Shown: positions 44,764 through 52,863 of the stretch, in pieces | How positions within the stretch are numbered: the stretch's first letter is position 1 | Layout of the letters: each line of letters begins with the position of its first letter | DNA from: Candidatus Dormibacteria bacterium | GTDB lineage: Bacteria; Chloroflexota; Dormibacteria; Aeolococcales; Aeolococcaceae | Assembly: GCA_044450385.1 (NCBI GenBank) | Contig: JBIOIZ010000004.1 | Location: 18,334 to 82,333 of the forward strand | Direction: 5' to 3' | Length of the DNA stretch: 64,000 nucleotides | Notes under the pieces: model-generated | The model's input: only the letters and a program-made list of their open reading frames with translations | What the model was told of the DNA's origin: nothing | The model's database searches: none | Position numbers and translations under genes: made by a program

Positions 44764-46164
44764 ATGAGGGTTCTGCTCGTCTCGTGTTACGAGCTCGGCC
44801 ATCAACCACTCCACGTTGCCTCGGCCGCTGCCTTTCTGCGTGGCGCGGGTCATCTCGTCACCGCGGTCGACCTCTCGGTCCAACCTCTCGACGAGGCAGA
44901 TCTCGGCATGCCCGACATGGTCGCCATCGCTGTTCCGATGCACACGGCAATGCGCATGGCGGTCCCCGTCGCGCGAACCGTTCGATCTCGCCGCGGGGCG
45001 GACGTTCGCATAGTGCTGTTCGGCCTCTACGCCCCGCTCTGCGGCCCGGCCCTCGAGCCCGGGCTTGTGGATGCCATCATCGGCGGGGAGTATGAGGATG
45101 CCCTGGTCGGCATGGCAAACGGTTCACCCGACCGGCGTTCGGTCGTGCTCGACCGGCTGCAGTTCCTGTTGCCTGCCCGTGATCTTCTGCCCTCGCTCGA
45201 TCGATACACGCGCCTCCAGGTTGGTGGCGAAGAGCGCATCACGGGCTATGTCGAGGCATCGCGCGGTTGCGTGCACCGCTGCCGGCATTGCCCCGTGCCG
45301 GCGGTGTACGACGGGCGGATTCGGGTATGGCAGCGCGACGTACTCGTCCAGGACGTCGTCCAGCTCTGCGAGCACGGCATGCGCCACCTCACCTTTGGCG
45401 ACCCGGACTTCCTGAACGCCGTGCCGCATTCGATCGCAATCGTGCGCGCCATTCATGAACGCTGCCCCGATCTCACCTTCGACATCACAACGAAGGTCGA
45501 GCACATTCTCGAGCACCCAGACATCATCGCCGAGCTGCGCCAGCTCGGCCTTCTCTTCATCGTTTCCGCCGTGGAGTCAACGAGCCCCCGCGTGCTCGAA
45601 CTTCTCGACAAGGGACATTCGGCTGAGGACGTCCTGGTGGCACTGCGAATATGCCGGGCGTTGGGCGTCGAGCTTCGGCCATCGCTCTTGCCCTTCACGC
45701 CGTGGACCACACTCGGTGATCAGATCGATCTGCTCGACCTGATCGCGACCAATGATCTCATCGAGAGTGTCGACCCGGTCCAGCTCAGCATCCGGCTGCT
45801 GGTCCCCCCAGGCTCGCTGCTGCTGGCGTTGCCAGAGATGCGCAAACACCTGCGTGGCTACGACAGTGCAGGTTTCAGTCACATCTGGCAACATCCTGAT
45901 CCCCGGATGGATGACCTGCAGGCGGCGATTGCTGAGGTGGTGGCAGCGGATGCCGATGCCGGGGTCTCGCCGCGTTCGACGCACGCCGCGATCCGCGGGC
46001 TCACCGCGACGGCTGCTCTCCACGCAGGCGTTCCCTGGCCGGACGCCGAAAGGGCGCTCCTCCCGGAACGTGACGCTCCCCCTCGACTGAGCGAGCCCTG
46101 GTTCTGCTGTGCAGAGCCCACCACGGCTCAACTCGCCATCGCCGGCGTGGGGCTCGGCGCCTGA
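44764..46164 (+). CDS. Radical SAM protein with B12-binding-like N-terminal domain and C-terminal CCAEP tail
   Basis: CVHRCRHC (CxxxCxxC) cluster motif; N-terminal MRVLLVSCYELGHQPL... Rossmann-like domain. FCCAEP is at codons 46105..46119, 15 residues from the C-terminus. Confidence 0.85.
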   Translation: MRVLLVSCYELGHQPLHVASAAAFLRGAGHLVTAVDLSVQPLDEADLGMPDMVAIAVPMHTAMRMAVPVARTVRSRRGADVRIVLFGLYAPLCGPALEPGLVDAIIGGEYEDALVGMANGSPDRRSVVLDRLQFLLPARDLLPSLDRYTRLQVGGEERITGYVEASRGCVHRCRHCPVPAVYDGRIRVWQRDVLVQDVVQLCEHGMRHLTFGDPDFLNAVPHSIAIVRAIHERCPDLTFDITTKVEHILEHPDIIAELRQLGLLFIVSAVESTSPRVLELLDKGHSAEDVLVALRICRALGVELRPSLLPFTPWTTLGDQIDLLDLIATNDLIESVDPVQLSIRLLVPPGSLLLALPEMRKHLRGYDSAGFSHIWQHPDPRMDDLQAAIAEVVAADADAGVSPRSTHAAIRGLTATAALHAGVPWPDAERALLPERDAPPRLSEPWFCCAEPTTAQLAIAGVGLGA

Positions 46165-46368
46165 GCCGGCTCCTGATCACGCAGAGTCAGGGAGGCGTGC
46201 ACCGACGTCGCGTTGACCAACGGCATCAGTGGCTCGCAAGCTCTGGCTCTGCGCGCGAAAGAGCCTCCCACCGGTACGGTCGACGAGTTCCTGGCTGGCT
46301 GCGCCGGCGCACAGGCAGGTCGCTGCCGTCACATGCTTCGCAGCTCGTGAGACCCTGGGGACGTTCCC

Positions 46369-46821
46369 ATGAAGCACAACCGTTCGATCCCGCCGGCCAC
46401 GGTCATCCCCGTCCTCGTGTACCCCGATGTGCGGGCGGCAGTGACCTGGCTCACGCGGGCATTTGGCTTCAAGGAACGTGTCCGAATTGGCGACAGCCAT
46501 CGCGCTCAGATGAGCATCGGCGAGGGCGGCGCCATGATCGTCGCCGACGCCAGGGGCGACCAGCAACCACCGCACGAAGGCACCGCGAGCCACATCATCA
46601 AGGTGCGCATCGACGATGTTGATGCTCAGTTCGAGCGGGCCTGCGCTCAAGGCGCGCGGGTGCTGGAACCCCCGACGACGCAGGAGTACGGCGAGCGTGA
46701 ATGCACCATCGAGGACATCGCAGGTCACCGCTGGCAGTTCACTGAGACGGTGCGAGACGTTGCTCCGGAACAGTACGGGTGCGAGACGGTCGAACCCTGG
46801 CTGCCAGCGACGGACACCTGA
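46369..46821 (+). CDS. VOC-family (glyoxalase/PhnB-like) protein
   Basis: ...VIPVLVYPDVRAAVTWLTRAFGF...; 150 aa. Confidence 0.8.
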   Translation: MKHNRSIPPATVIPVLVYPDVRAAVTWLTRAFGFKERVRIGDSHRAQMSIGEGGAMIVADARGDQQPPHEGTASHIIKVRIDDVDAQFERACAQGARVLEPPTTQEYGERECTIEDIAGHRWQFTETVRDVAPEQYGCETVEPWLPATDT

Positions 46822-47027
46822 GCGGCGACCTGGCCCGGCGACCTGTGATGCGATCAGATCGCTTCGTACTTCCGGCACTCAGACAGGGCCGCCGGCCGCC
46901 CTTGCCGAGGATTTCCTTGTGGTCCTTGAGGATGAGGCAACCCGTCAGTCGAGGAGACGACGAATGAGCATACAGACCACGACCGGCTTGAGCGGAATTC
47001 TCACGGTGGCAGTGCCGGTGAGTCGGA

Positions 47028-47522
47028 TCAGGTACCGGTGGGCGGTGTCTCGCCGGGAGCGTAGCGACCCATCTCGGCTCCTACCTTCTTGCCGATGTTG
47101 GCCACGTGGAGGTGAATCTCATCGAGGAGGTCGGTCGCCTTCTTCACCTGCGCGGTCAGGGCGGTGTTCTCCGCGAGCAACGTCTTGATATTTTCGGTGT
47201 TGTCTTCGGTATGCAGCGCTACCTCAGAGGCAACCGCGTCGGCTCGTTTCGCGGCGATCAACAGGGCAGCGGCCTGAATTCCCGCCAGCATCGAAAGAAA
47301 CAGGTTGAGCAGAATGAATGGGTATGGATCAAATCCTGACCCACCACCCACATGAAGCACGCCGTTGACCACGGCCCAAACAATCATGACGCCGAAAAAG
47401 ACGAACACAAAGGGCCATGACCCCATGCCATTGCGCATCTTGTCGGCGGCTCTCTCGCCGAGCGAGAGTTGATCGCTGCGACGAACCGTCGGATGCTTGC
47501 CCCACTGGTGTTGCCAAGCCAT
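47028..47522 (-). CDS. DUF1003-like membrane protein
   Basis: ...GSWPFVFVFFGVMIVWAVVN...DPYPFILLNLFLSMLAGIQAAALL... . ATG 47522 is preceded by AAGAGGAGA. Confidence 0.8.
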   Translation of the reverse strand: MAWQHQWGKHPTVRRSDQLSLGERAADKMRNGMGSWPFVFVFFGVMIVWAVVNGVLHVGGGSGFDPYPFILLNLFLSMLAGIQAAALLIAAKRADAVASEVALHTEDNTENIKTLLAENTALTAQVKKATDLLDEIHLHVANIGKKVGAEMGRYAPGETPPTGT

Positions 47523-47713
47523 CGTGGATCTCCTCTTGATCAACTCGATTAGGTGATGCGGCGGCGTGAGTTATCCAGTCGATGGTCGAACGCCGCCGAC
47601 CAAGGGAACGGGGTGTCGACGGGCGTTCGGCAGTCGTGACACAGATGCAACATCGGAACGGAGGTCGAGGTGTAGGTTGCTTGCATATCCCAGCACGTCA
47701 GCACAAGGTGGCG

Positions 47714-47914
47714 ATGATGCGTGATCACGATCTCCCTGAGTGTATCGAGTGCGGATCTGCCGAAGTGGTCGTGCACACGCACGAGGTCGCAGCCTCCGGT
47801 GCTACGGGACGGACGTTCGTTGCCAGCTATGAGTGCGTCGAGTGTGGTCGCCAATGGCACCCCATCACAGAGGTGACAGGCCACACCATACGGCCGATTC
47901 GGCGCTATTCGTGA
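47714..47914 (+). CDS. Small zinc-ribbon-like protein (CxxC...CxxC), hypothetical
   Basis: MMRDHDLPECIECGSAE...YECVECGRQW. A competing antisense ORF (47549..47884) has no recognisable features. Confidence 0.35.
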   Translation: MMRDHDLPECIECGSAEVVVHTHEVAASGATGRTFVASYECVECGRQWHPITEVTGHTIRPIRRYS

Positions 47915-48035
47915 TCGTTCACGCTAGGGCAAGGTAAGCCACTCACTTCCTTCTCGGCGGCCACCTGAAGGTCGTGCGGCTTAGATGGCGGGCGGAGCGT
48001 AACGGGGTGGTGGGGCCAGACGTTTCCCCGACACG

Positions 48036-48614
48036 ATGTCCGCTGCGGTTGTCGCCTCCCGCCGACGATCACTCTGGTCTGCGGCGTTGTTCGCAGCGTT
48101 CCTCTCCAGCTGCGGCGCCCGAGTCACCACAGCGACCGTCACCGCGACGACTCCGCCGGCCACGTCGACGGCATCCGCACCGACGCCAGCGGCGACCGCG
48201 ACATCGACTCCCAGCACGACCCCGTCGCTCGCTGCCCCGACACCAACGGCAACCCCCGTAGGCCACCTCACCGTCAGCTTGGTCGGGATTAGCGTGCCGC
48301 TCGACGGTTCCTGCGGCGACCAGCTCACCTATGTCCCGATTGGGAGCCAGGTTTGCTACTGGAACGAGACGGGTGGAGGCGGCGGCTTCTACTCGTTCGC
48401 GGGCAGCATGACTGGCCCGCTTGTCGCGCTGAGCCGGGTGGGAGCTGGCGTAACCATGACATGGACCGTTGGGGGGAAGTCCTTCGCGCGGAAACTGTCC
48501 GGCAAATCACAGACGTTTCCGATGGATACCGGGCATGGCGTACCACCGGGCCAGCCCGCATATCTTCAGCTCCGCACAGCCACAACCGCCGTTGAGTACG
48601 ACGCCGAGACATAG
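48036..48614 (+). CDS. Lipoprotein with Thr/Pro/Ala-rich linker, hypothetical
   Basis: Lipobox AAFLSSC/G, then a low-complexity linker (TTPPATSTASAPTPAATATSTP...) and a ~110-aa C-terminal domain. Confidence 0.7.
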   Translation: MSAAVVASRRRSLWSAALFAAFLSSCGARVTTATVTATTPPATSTASAPTPAATATSTPSTTPSLAAPTPTATPVGHLTVSLVGISVPLDGSCGDQLTYVPIGSQVCYWNETGGGGGFYSFAGSMTGPLVALSRVGAGVTMTWTVGGKSFARKLSGKSQTFPMDTGHGVPPGQPAYLQLRTATTAVEYDAET

Positions 48615-48647
48615 GCCGCCGACGCGCCATGCTAGTGTCATGCCACG

Positions 48648-49229
48648 GTGCGCGTCGCAGTTCGCGCCGGTGGGCGCTTCCCTGTTTGCCTGCTCTGCGC
48701 CGTCGGCATCGTCGCCGCGTGCGGCTCGAGGGCCTCTACCGGCAGCGGCCCACAGTCACCGAGCCCAGCCTCCATTTCGTTCCCTGCTCGGGTGCCCCGG
48801 CCGTGCTCGTTCCTGACACGGACAATCGCGGTTCGGACTACCGGCGACACGAACATGGCCAACCAGGCCACTGACGTTGTGGAGAGGGAATCCGGTTACG
48901 TCGCGTGCATCTTTGCGGACACCGCGAATGAAGCGAACAGCGTGGGGGTGCAGGTCAAGAGAGTGCCGGTCGGTGCCGCCGGCCCGTCAACGCTGCGGGA
49001 CGCCGCGACGTTCTTCTCGTTGGGAGAACCGGTTCAACCCTTTCAACCGTTCTCCGTTCTGGGGGTGGGTGACCATGCGCTGGGCGAGACCACTCCGGGC
49101 GTTGCCTTCATCGTGTTCTCACGTGGCGATCTGGTGATCTACGTTGGGGCCAGATCTGCAACGGAGAGCGCCGATACTCTGCGCGCCGGCGTCGCAAGCC
49201 TCGCAAAAGAGATCGCTGCAGCGTTGTAG
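48648..49229 (+). CDS. Lipoprotein, hypothetical
   Basis: Signal with lipobox IVAAC/G; no family recognised. Confidence 0.65.
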   Translation: MRVAVRAGGRFPVCLLCAVGIVAACGSRASTGSGPQSPSPASISFPARVPRPCSFLTRTIAVRTTGDTNMANQATDVVERESGYVACIFADTANEANSVGVQVKRVPVGAAGPSTLRDAATFFSLGEPVQPFQPFSVLGVGDHALGETTPGVAFIVFSRGDLVIYVGARSATESADTLRAGVASLAKEIAAAL

Positions 49230-49299
49230 GCAGAGGCCCGGCGAGCGTCACCTGACGTCCCGGCCGACCCGAGACGCCCGCGCCGTTCTGAGCCTGTGG

Positions 49300-49510
49300 T
49301 TACCTCGCCGCCGGCGTGCCGTCCCGGCGCCATCGTCCACTGTTCGAGCAGTGTCGTGCGCCGACGAGCGTGCCGCGCCGGTCGTCGGGATCCGGAAGAC
49401 GCTCGACCAGCCCAGGGGCTTCGACGCGATCGATCCGGTTGGTCATCGCTCCCGACGAGAGCACGACGGAGTCGACCAGGCGGGTCGGACTCATCTGGTA
49501 CGGGGCCCCG
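49300..49510 (-). pseudogene. MarR-family regulator remnant (winged-helix segment only)
   Basis: Minus-strand translation MSPTRLVDSVVLSSGAMTNRIDRVEAPGLVERLPDPDDRRGTLVGA is a typical MarR recognition helix plus wing. The N-terminal half is absent and the C-terminus is out of pattern. Confidence 0.5.
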
Positions 49511-49529
49511 ATCGGACGAGACCGGCACG

Positions 49530-49850
49530 CCGATCGAAGAGTCCTGGGGCGAGATGGCGGCGATGGCGGACAATGACTGGCGTCGCCGCTCGGCGGAATT
49601 TCTGGAGCCGAACTTGTCCCGCAACCTCGCTCTCCGCGACGCACTACGGCCGGTGGCGTATCGCAATGGCACCTCCGTGCCGGCAGTGGCGGTGGCATGG
49701 ACGCCGGCGTGGCCGGGAGTGACCGGCGCCATCGTTGGCGCCCGCGACTCGGCGCAGGTCGATGGCTGGATCGGTGCGGGGTCAGCGCTGGTCGAACCCG
49801 CGGTAGTCCCCGGTCCACATGCATGGCACGGAGCCGGGATGCGGGCATGA
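49530..49850 (+). pseudogene. Aldo/keto reductase remnant (C-terminal ~90 residues only)
   Basis: ...FLEPNLSRNLALRDALRPVAYRNGTSVPAVAVAWTPAWPGVTGAIVGARDSAQVDGWI... is a typical AKR C-terminus. No N-terminal two-thirds is present in any frame. Confidence 0.5.
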
Positions 49851-50593
49851 CCGGCATCGTGCCCGTTCTGATCACGGCGTTCCTGGCATCGGCGGTCGAG
49901 GCGATCGAGATGGTCACGATCGTTGTGGGGGTCGGTGCAACCCGTGGCTGGCGCTCGTCGCTGTTGGGGGCGGCTGCCGGCTTCGTCGTGCTGGCGGTCA
50001 TCGTCACCGTCTTTGGCCTGGCACTCAGCGCGATTCCGATCGCTCCGCTCAGGCTTGTCATCGGCGCGCTGCTGCTGGTCTTCGGGTTGCAGTGGCTGCG
50101 AAAGGGCGTCGTCCGGGTCGCGGCTCGTGGATTCGCAGGCATGCAGGTCGACGCGAATCAGGACGCCGAGGTGTGGACCGGGGCGGGTGTCGACTGGACC
50201 GCATTCGTCCTCTCCTTCAAAGGGGTGTTGCTGGAGGGACTTGAGGTCGCGTTCATCGTCGTCTCGGTTGGTGCCACCGCCGGCCAGCTGGGGTTCTCCG
50301 TCATCGGTGGTGCGGCCGCTCTTCTGGTGGTTGGTGCAATCGGCGCGGTGCTCTCAGGGCTCGTGGCACGAATTCCGCGCAGCTTCCTGCAACTCGTCGT
50401 CGGCCTCCTGCTCACCACCTTCGGCTCGTTCTGGGCGACCGAGGGTCTTGGGGTGAGTTGGCCGGGAGGTGACGCGGCCATCCTCGTGCTGCTGGCGCTG
50501 TACGTGCTCACTGCACTGATCAATATCGCCGTCGAGCGCCGTGGTGCGCGCCGAGGCAGGGTTACCTTGAATCTGAACGAGGTGGCGCGATGA
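49847..50593 (+). CDS. Polytopic membrane protein (COG4280-like by recollection), unknown function
   Basis: ATG 49847 is in frame with ORF 49697..50593. Acidic intramembrane motifs AVEAIEMVTIVVGVG and LLEGLEVAFIVVSVG. Confidence 0.75.
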   Translation: MTGIVPVLITAFLASAVEAIEMVTIVVGVGATRGWRSSLLGAAAGFVVLAVIVTVFGLALSAIPIAPLRLVIGALLLVFGLQWLRKGVVRVAARGFAGMQVDANQDAEVWTGAGVDWTAFVLSFKGVLLEGLEVAFIVVSVGATAGQLGFSVIGGAAALLVVGAIGAVLSGLVARIPRSFLQLVVGLLLTTFGSFWATEGLGVSWPGGDAAILVLLALYVLTALINIAVERRGARRGRVTLNLNEVAR

Positions 50594-50829
50594 TGCGAGT
50601 CATGTCGTGGCTGGTCGGCTTTGGCCGGTTCTGGTATCGGTTCATCATCGGCGACGATTGGACGGTGGCCGCGGCGGTTGCAATCGGCCTCATTTCGACG
50701 TTCCTGCTGAACCTTGTGCGGTTCCCAGCGTGGTTGGTCATCCCGCTCGTCGTCATCGTCATGGTTCGGGTCAGCGTTCAGCGGTCGAAGCGCACCAAGG
50801 GCCACGTCAGCGTGCGGCGGACGAGATGA
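50590..50829 (+). CDS. Small two-TM membrane protein coupled to the preceding gene
   Basis: ATGA overlap. FWYRFIIGDDWTVAAAVAIGLIS... is homologous to the C-terminal extension of the fused paralog at 51041..52099. Confidence 0.65.
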   Translation: MMRVMSWLVGFGRFWYRFIIGDDWTVAAAVAIGLISTFLLNLVRFPAWLVIPLVVIVMVRVSVQRSKRTKGHVSVRRTR

Positions 50830-51040
50830 AGGCGGTCGTCATCACCGACACGAAATAGGTCAGCGTTCGCGACGCGCTCCATACTCGCAGCCTTCGCAGC
50901 ACGCATCAGGTTGCCCCGCTGCCGGCGACGTGGAGGAGGCAGGGTTTGCCGCCATCGCTGAAGCCGGATCCGGTCCTGGATGCGCAGGAGATTGCGATGA
51001 CCCCGCAGTCCTGGAGCGTCGTGGCACCAGGCTGCGGCCT

Positions 51041-52099
51041 TCAGCGATCGGCCGCGGGCGCCACCAACGCAGCGTCGTTGACCAGCGCCGACGACGGCGC
51101 CGCAGCGACCGTATCGAGCGGTGGCGAGGCAGAGGTCGGGCGGGCCTTGCGGCTGGACTTGGTGGCGTCGTGCAGCCCCGCCCACACCGCAAGGAGGACG
51201 CCGACAATCAGCAGTGCGCCGCCTATGGAGTGACCATCGCCATAGTGAGCGGCGAAAAGCGCGACTCCGAAGATTGCGAGGATGGCAACGATGGCCAGTG
51301 CGCCGTCATCGACAAAGAGTCCCCAGACCTCTGTTACCGCCGTGCGTGCCGCGCGCGCGATGCCGGTCGGAGCGACCGTCACTCTGATCGGTTGCTTGAG
51401 CAATTGGACGAACCCGACCGATGCGAGCCCGTACACCGCAATCAGGGGCAACAAACTCAGGTCTGCGCCCCACCAGTGAACACCGATACCCTCGCCTGTA
51501 AAGAAGGTACCGAACGCCGTCAGCATGATGCCGACCACGTACTTCATGGTGTTCTCCGGGACTCGCGTGAGTGGATGACGGAAGACGATCCCGGCGACAG
51601 CCACGATGACCAGTGCCACAACCGCGCCGATGGCGGCGGCGGGGATGTTCTGCAGACCGCCCAATGCAACAACGATGAATACCACCTCGAGGCCTTCGAG
51701 AAAGACGCCGCCAAACGAGGTGGTGACACCGACTCTGTCGACGCCCGCCCGTGACGTGCCCGACGCAACCAGCATCTCCTTGGTCTCTTCGAACGTCTTG
51801 GCCTCGTCGTGCAGGGATTTGAGACCGCTGGAGCGGAGGATCGCCTTATGCAGCCACTTCAGTCCGAAGAGCAGGAGGAAGACGCCGACCAGCGTGCGAG
51901 CGGCTTCGATGGAGACATGCGAGGTTATCGTGACCCCGAACACAGCGACCAGCGCCACGAGCGCAAGCAGACCAAGTGCCATGCCGACGAACGCAGCCTT
52001 CCATCCCTTGAAGAGACCGACGGCCAGGACGATGGTCAGAGCCTCGACCCATTCGACCGCCGCGGCGAGCGCTGTGGCCAGAAGGACCAGAATACTCAT
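51041..52099 (-). CDS. Polytopic membrane protein, paralog of 49847..50593 fused to a 50590..50829-like C-terminal module
   Basis: AVEWVEALTIVLAVG and FLEGLEVVFIVVALG motifs, then ...VWGLFVDDGALAIVAILAIFGV...; GAGGAG Shine-Dalgarno sequence upstream. Confidence 0.8.
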   Translation of the reverse strand: MSILVLLATALAAAVEWVEALTIVLAVGLFKGWKAAFVGMALGLLALVALVAVFGVTITSHVSIEAARTLVGVFLLLFGLKWLHKAILRSSGLKSLHDEAKTFEETKEMLVASGTSRAGVDRVGVTTSFGGVFLEGLEVVFIVVALGGLQNIPAAAIGAVVALVIVAVAGIVFRHPLTRVPENTMKYVVGIMLTAFGTFFTGEGIGVHWWGADLSLLPLIAVYGLASVGFVQLLKQPIRVTVAPTGIARAARTAVTEVWGLFVDDGALAIVAILAIFGVALFAAHYGDGHSIGGALLIVGVLLAVWAGLHDATKSSRKARPTSASPPLDTVAAAPSSALVNDAALVAPAADR

Positions 52100-52122
52100 G
52101 AACTGACTCCTCGTCGCGTGGC

Positions 52123-52158
52123 GTCACGTTTGTTGAATGTCACGTATGCTACATTATA
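52123..52158 (-). promoter_or_regulatory. TATAAT -10 box (52158..52153, minus strand) followed by a direct repeat ACGTGAC x2 in the leader
   Basis: Read directly. Repeats are at about 52145..52139 and 52129..52123 (16-nt period), upstream of the SD and ATG 52099. Confidence 0.4.
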
Positions 52159-52196
52159 CGCGTGTTAAGCGCAACCGGCGCTGGCGCGGCCTCAGC

Positions 52197-52835
52197 CTAG
52201 GCGCCGAAAGCGTGGCCCCCCGGGACCGCCCTGAGGCGGCGCCTGCGCGTGGTGCGGCTGTGGGACGTGTCGCTGTCCGTATCTAGTCGTTCGGCTTTGG
52301 CCCGCTCCTCGAACACCCGCTCCTCGAACTCCTCGAGGAGACGCTCGCAACGCGATAGCCACTCACGAGCATCCTCGCGGTTGGGAGCACCGAACCAGTC
52401 GCGCAGGCTCACACGCTCGTACCAGTTGACGATCTTCTCAAATTCAATCCGGATCTCCTCGGCCTCTTCGTATGTGAAATTCTTCCGGAACGTCTCGAAT
52501 TCGATTTCTTTCTGGAAGTTCACCTCGCAATTCTCGATAATTTCCTGGAAGTGCTTCGCGGCCTGTTCCCGGAACTCCGAAATCAGCTTCTCTCGTTCTT
52601 GTGCTGACAGGCGCCCCAAGCTCAACAGGTGAAAGCTGCCACCTGAGGACTCCAACTTTTTGAGGATGGGCTGCAGTTCGCGCCGGACGCTCGGCGATTC
52701 GGGAAAGACGCACACCGACTGCTGCAGGTACACCGCGCCCATTTTCTTCAACTGACGCCACACCGCCACGCGAGCGGACGTCGGCTTGGTCGGCATCCGG
52801 TAGACGAAGGTGACGAAGCGCGTCGGTGTGCTCAT
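52197..52835 (-). CDS. ChrB-N-terminal-domain-like protein (chromate-resistance regulator family) with Lys/Glu-rich helical C-terminus
   Basis: FVTFVYRMPTKPTSARVAVWRQLKKMGAVYLQQSVCVFPESP matches the ChrB N-domain pattern. ATG 52835 is preferred over TTG 52925. GC content is visibly lower than in the flanks. Confidence 0.7.
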   Translation of the reverse strand: MSTPTRFVTFVYRMPTKPTSARVAVWRQLKKMGAVYLQQSVCVFPESPSVRRELQPILKKLESSGGSFHLLSLGRLSAQEREKLISEFREQAAKHFQEIIENCEVNFQKEIEFETFRKNFTYEEAEEIRIEFEKIVNWYERVSLRDWFGAPNREDAREWLSRCERLLEEFEERVFEERAKAERLDTDSDTSHSRTTRRRRLRAVPGGHAFGA

Positions 52836-52863
52836 GACGGTACCGAGAAATGTAACATATGTT

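Noticed and set aside
46105-46119. Selenocysteine recoding (CUAEP) and a SECIS element in the radical SAM tail
   Set aside because: The tail is encoded by tgc tgt gca gag ccc with no in-frame TGA, so this is the Cys-Cys form.
46870-46900. Rho-independent terminator between the convergent VOC and DUF1003 genes (AGGGC...GCCCT)
   Set aside because: The stem is only 4-5 bp with an 8-nt loop and no U-tract, which is too weak to call.
47549-47884. 111-aa minus-strand ORF overlapping the zinc-ribbon candidate
   Set aside because: No motif and no Shine-Dalgarno sequence are present. The plus-strand ORF has paired CxxC motifs and an AGGTGG-like ribosome-binding site. Both remain low confidence.
48120-48260. 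Possible nucleotide tandem repeat or CRISPR-like periodicity in the ACC/GCC/CCG-rich stretch
   Set aside because: It is the Thr/Pro/Ala-rich low-complexity linker of a lipoprotein. There are no fixed-length repeat units and no spacers.
49380-49500. Plus-strand reading IRKTLDQPRGFDAIDPV... as the middle part of the aldo/keto reductase
   Set aside because: The minus strand of the same bases gives a much better match to a MarR winged-helix segment. The plus-strand similarity to the AKR SLxRLGxDYIDL motif is weak.
52197-52863. Low-GC segment as a mobile element or genomic islet
   Set aside because: No integrase or transposase, no flanking direct repeats and no tRNA are present. Only compositional deviation is seen, so it is reported as a finding rather than annotated as a mobile element.
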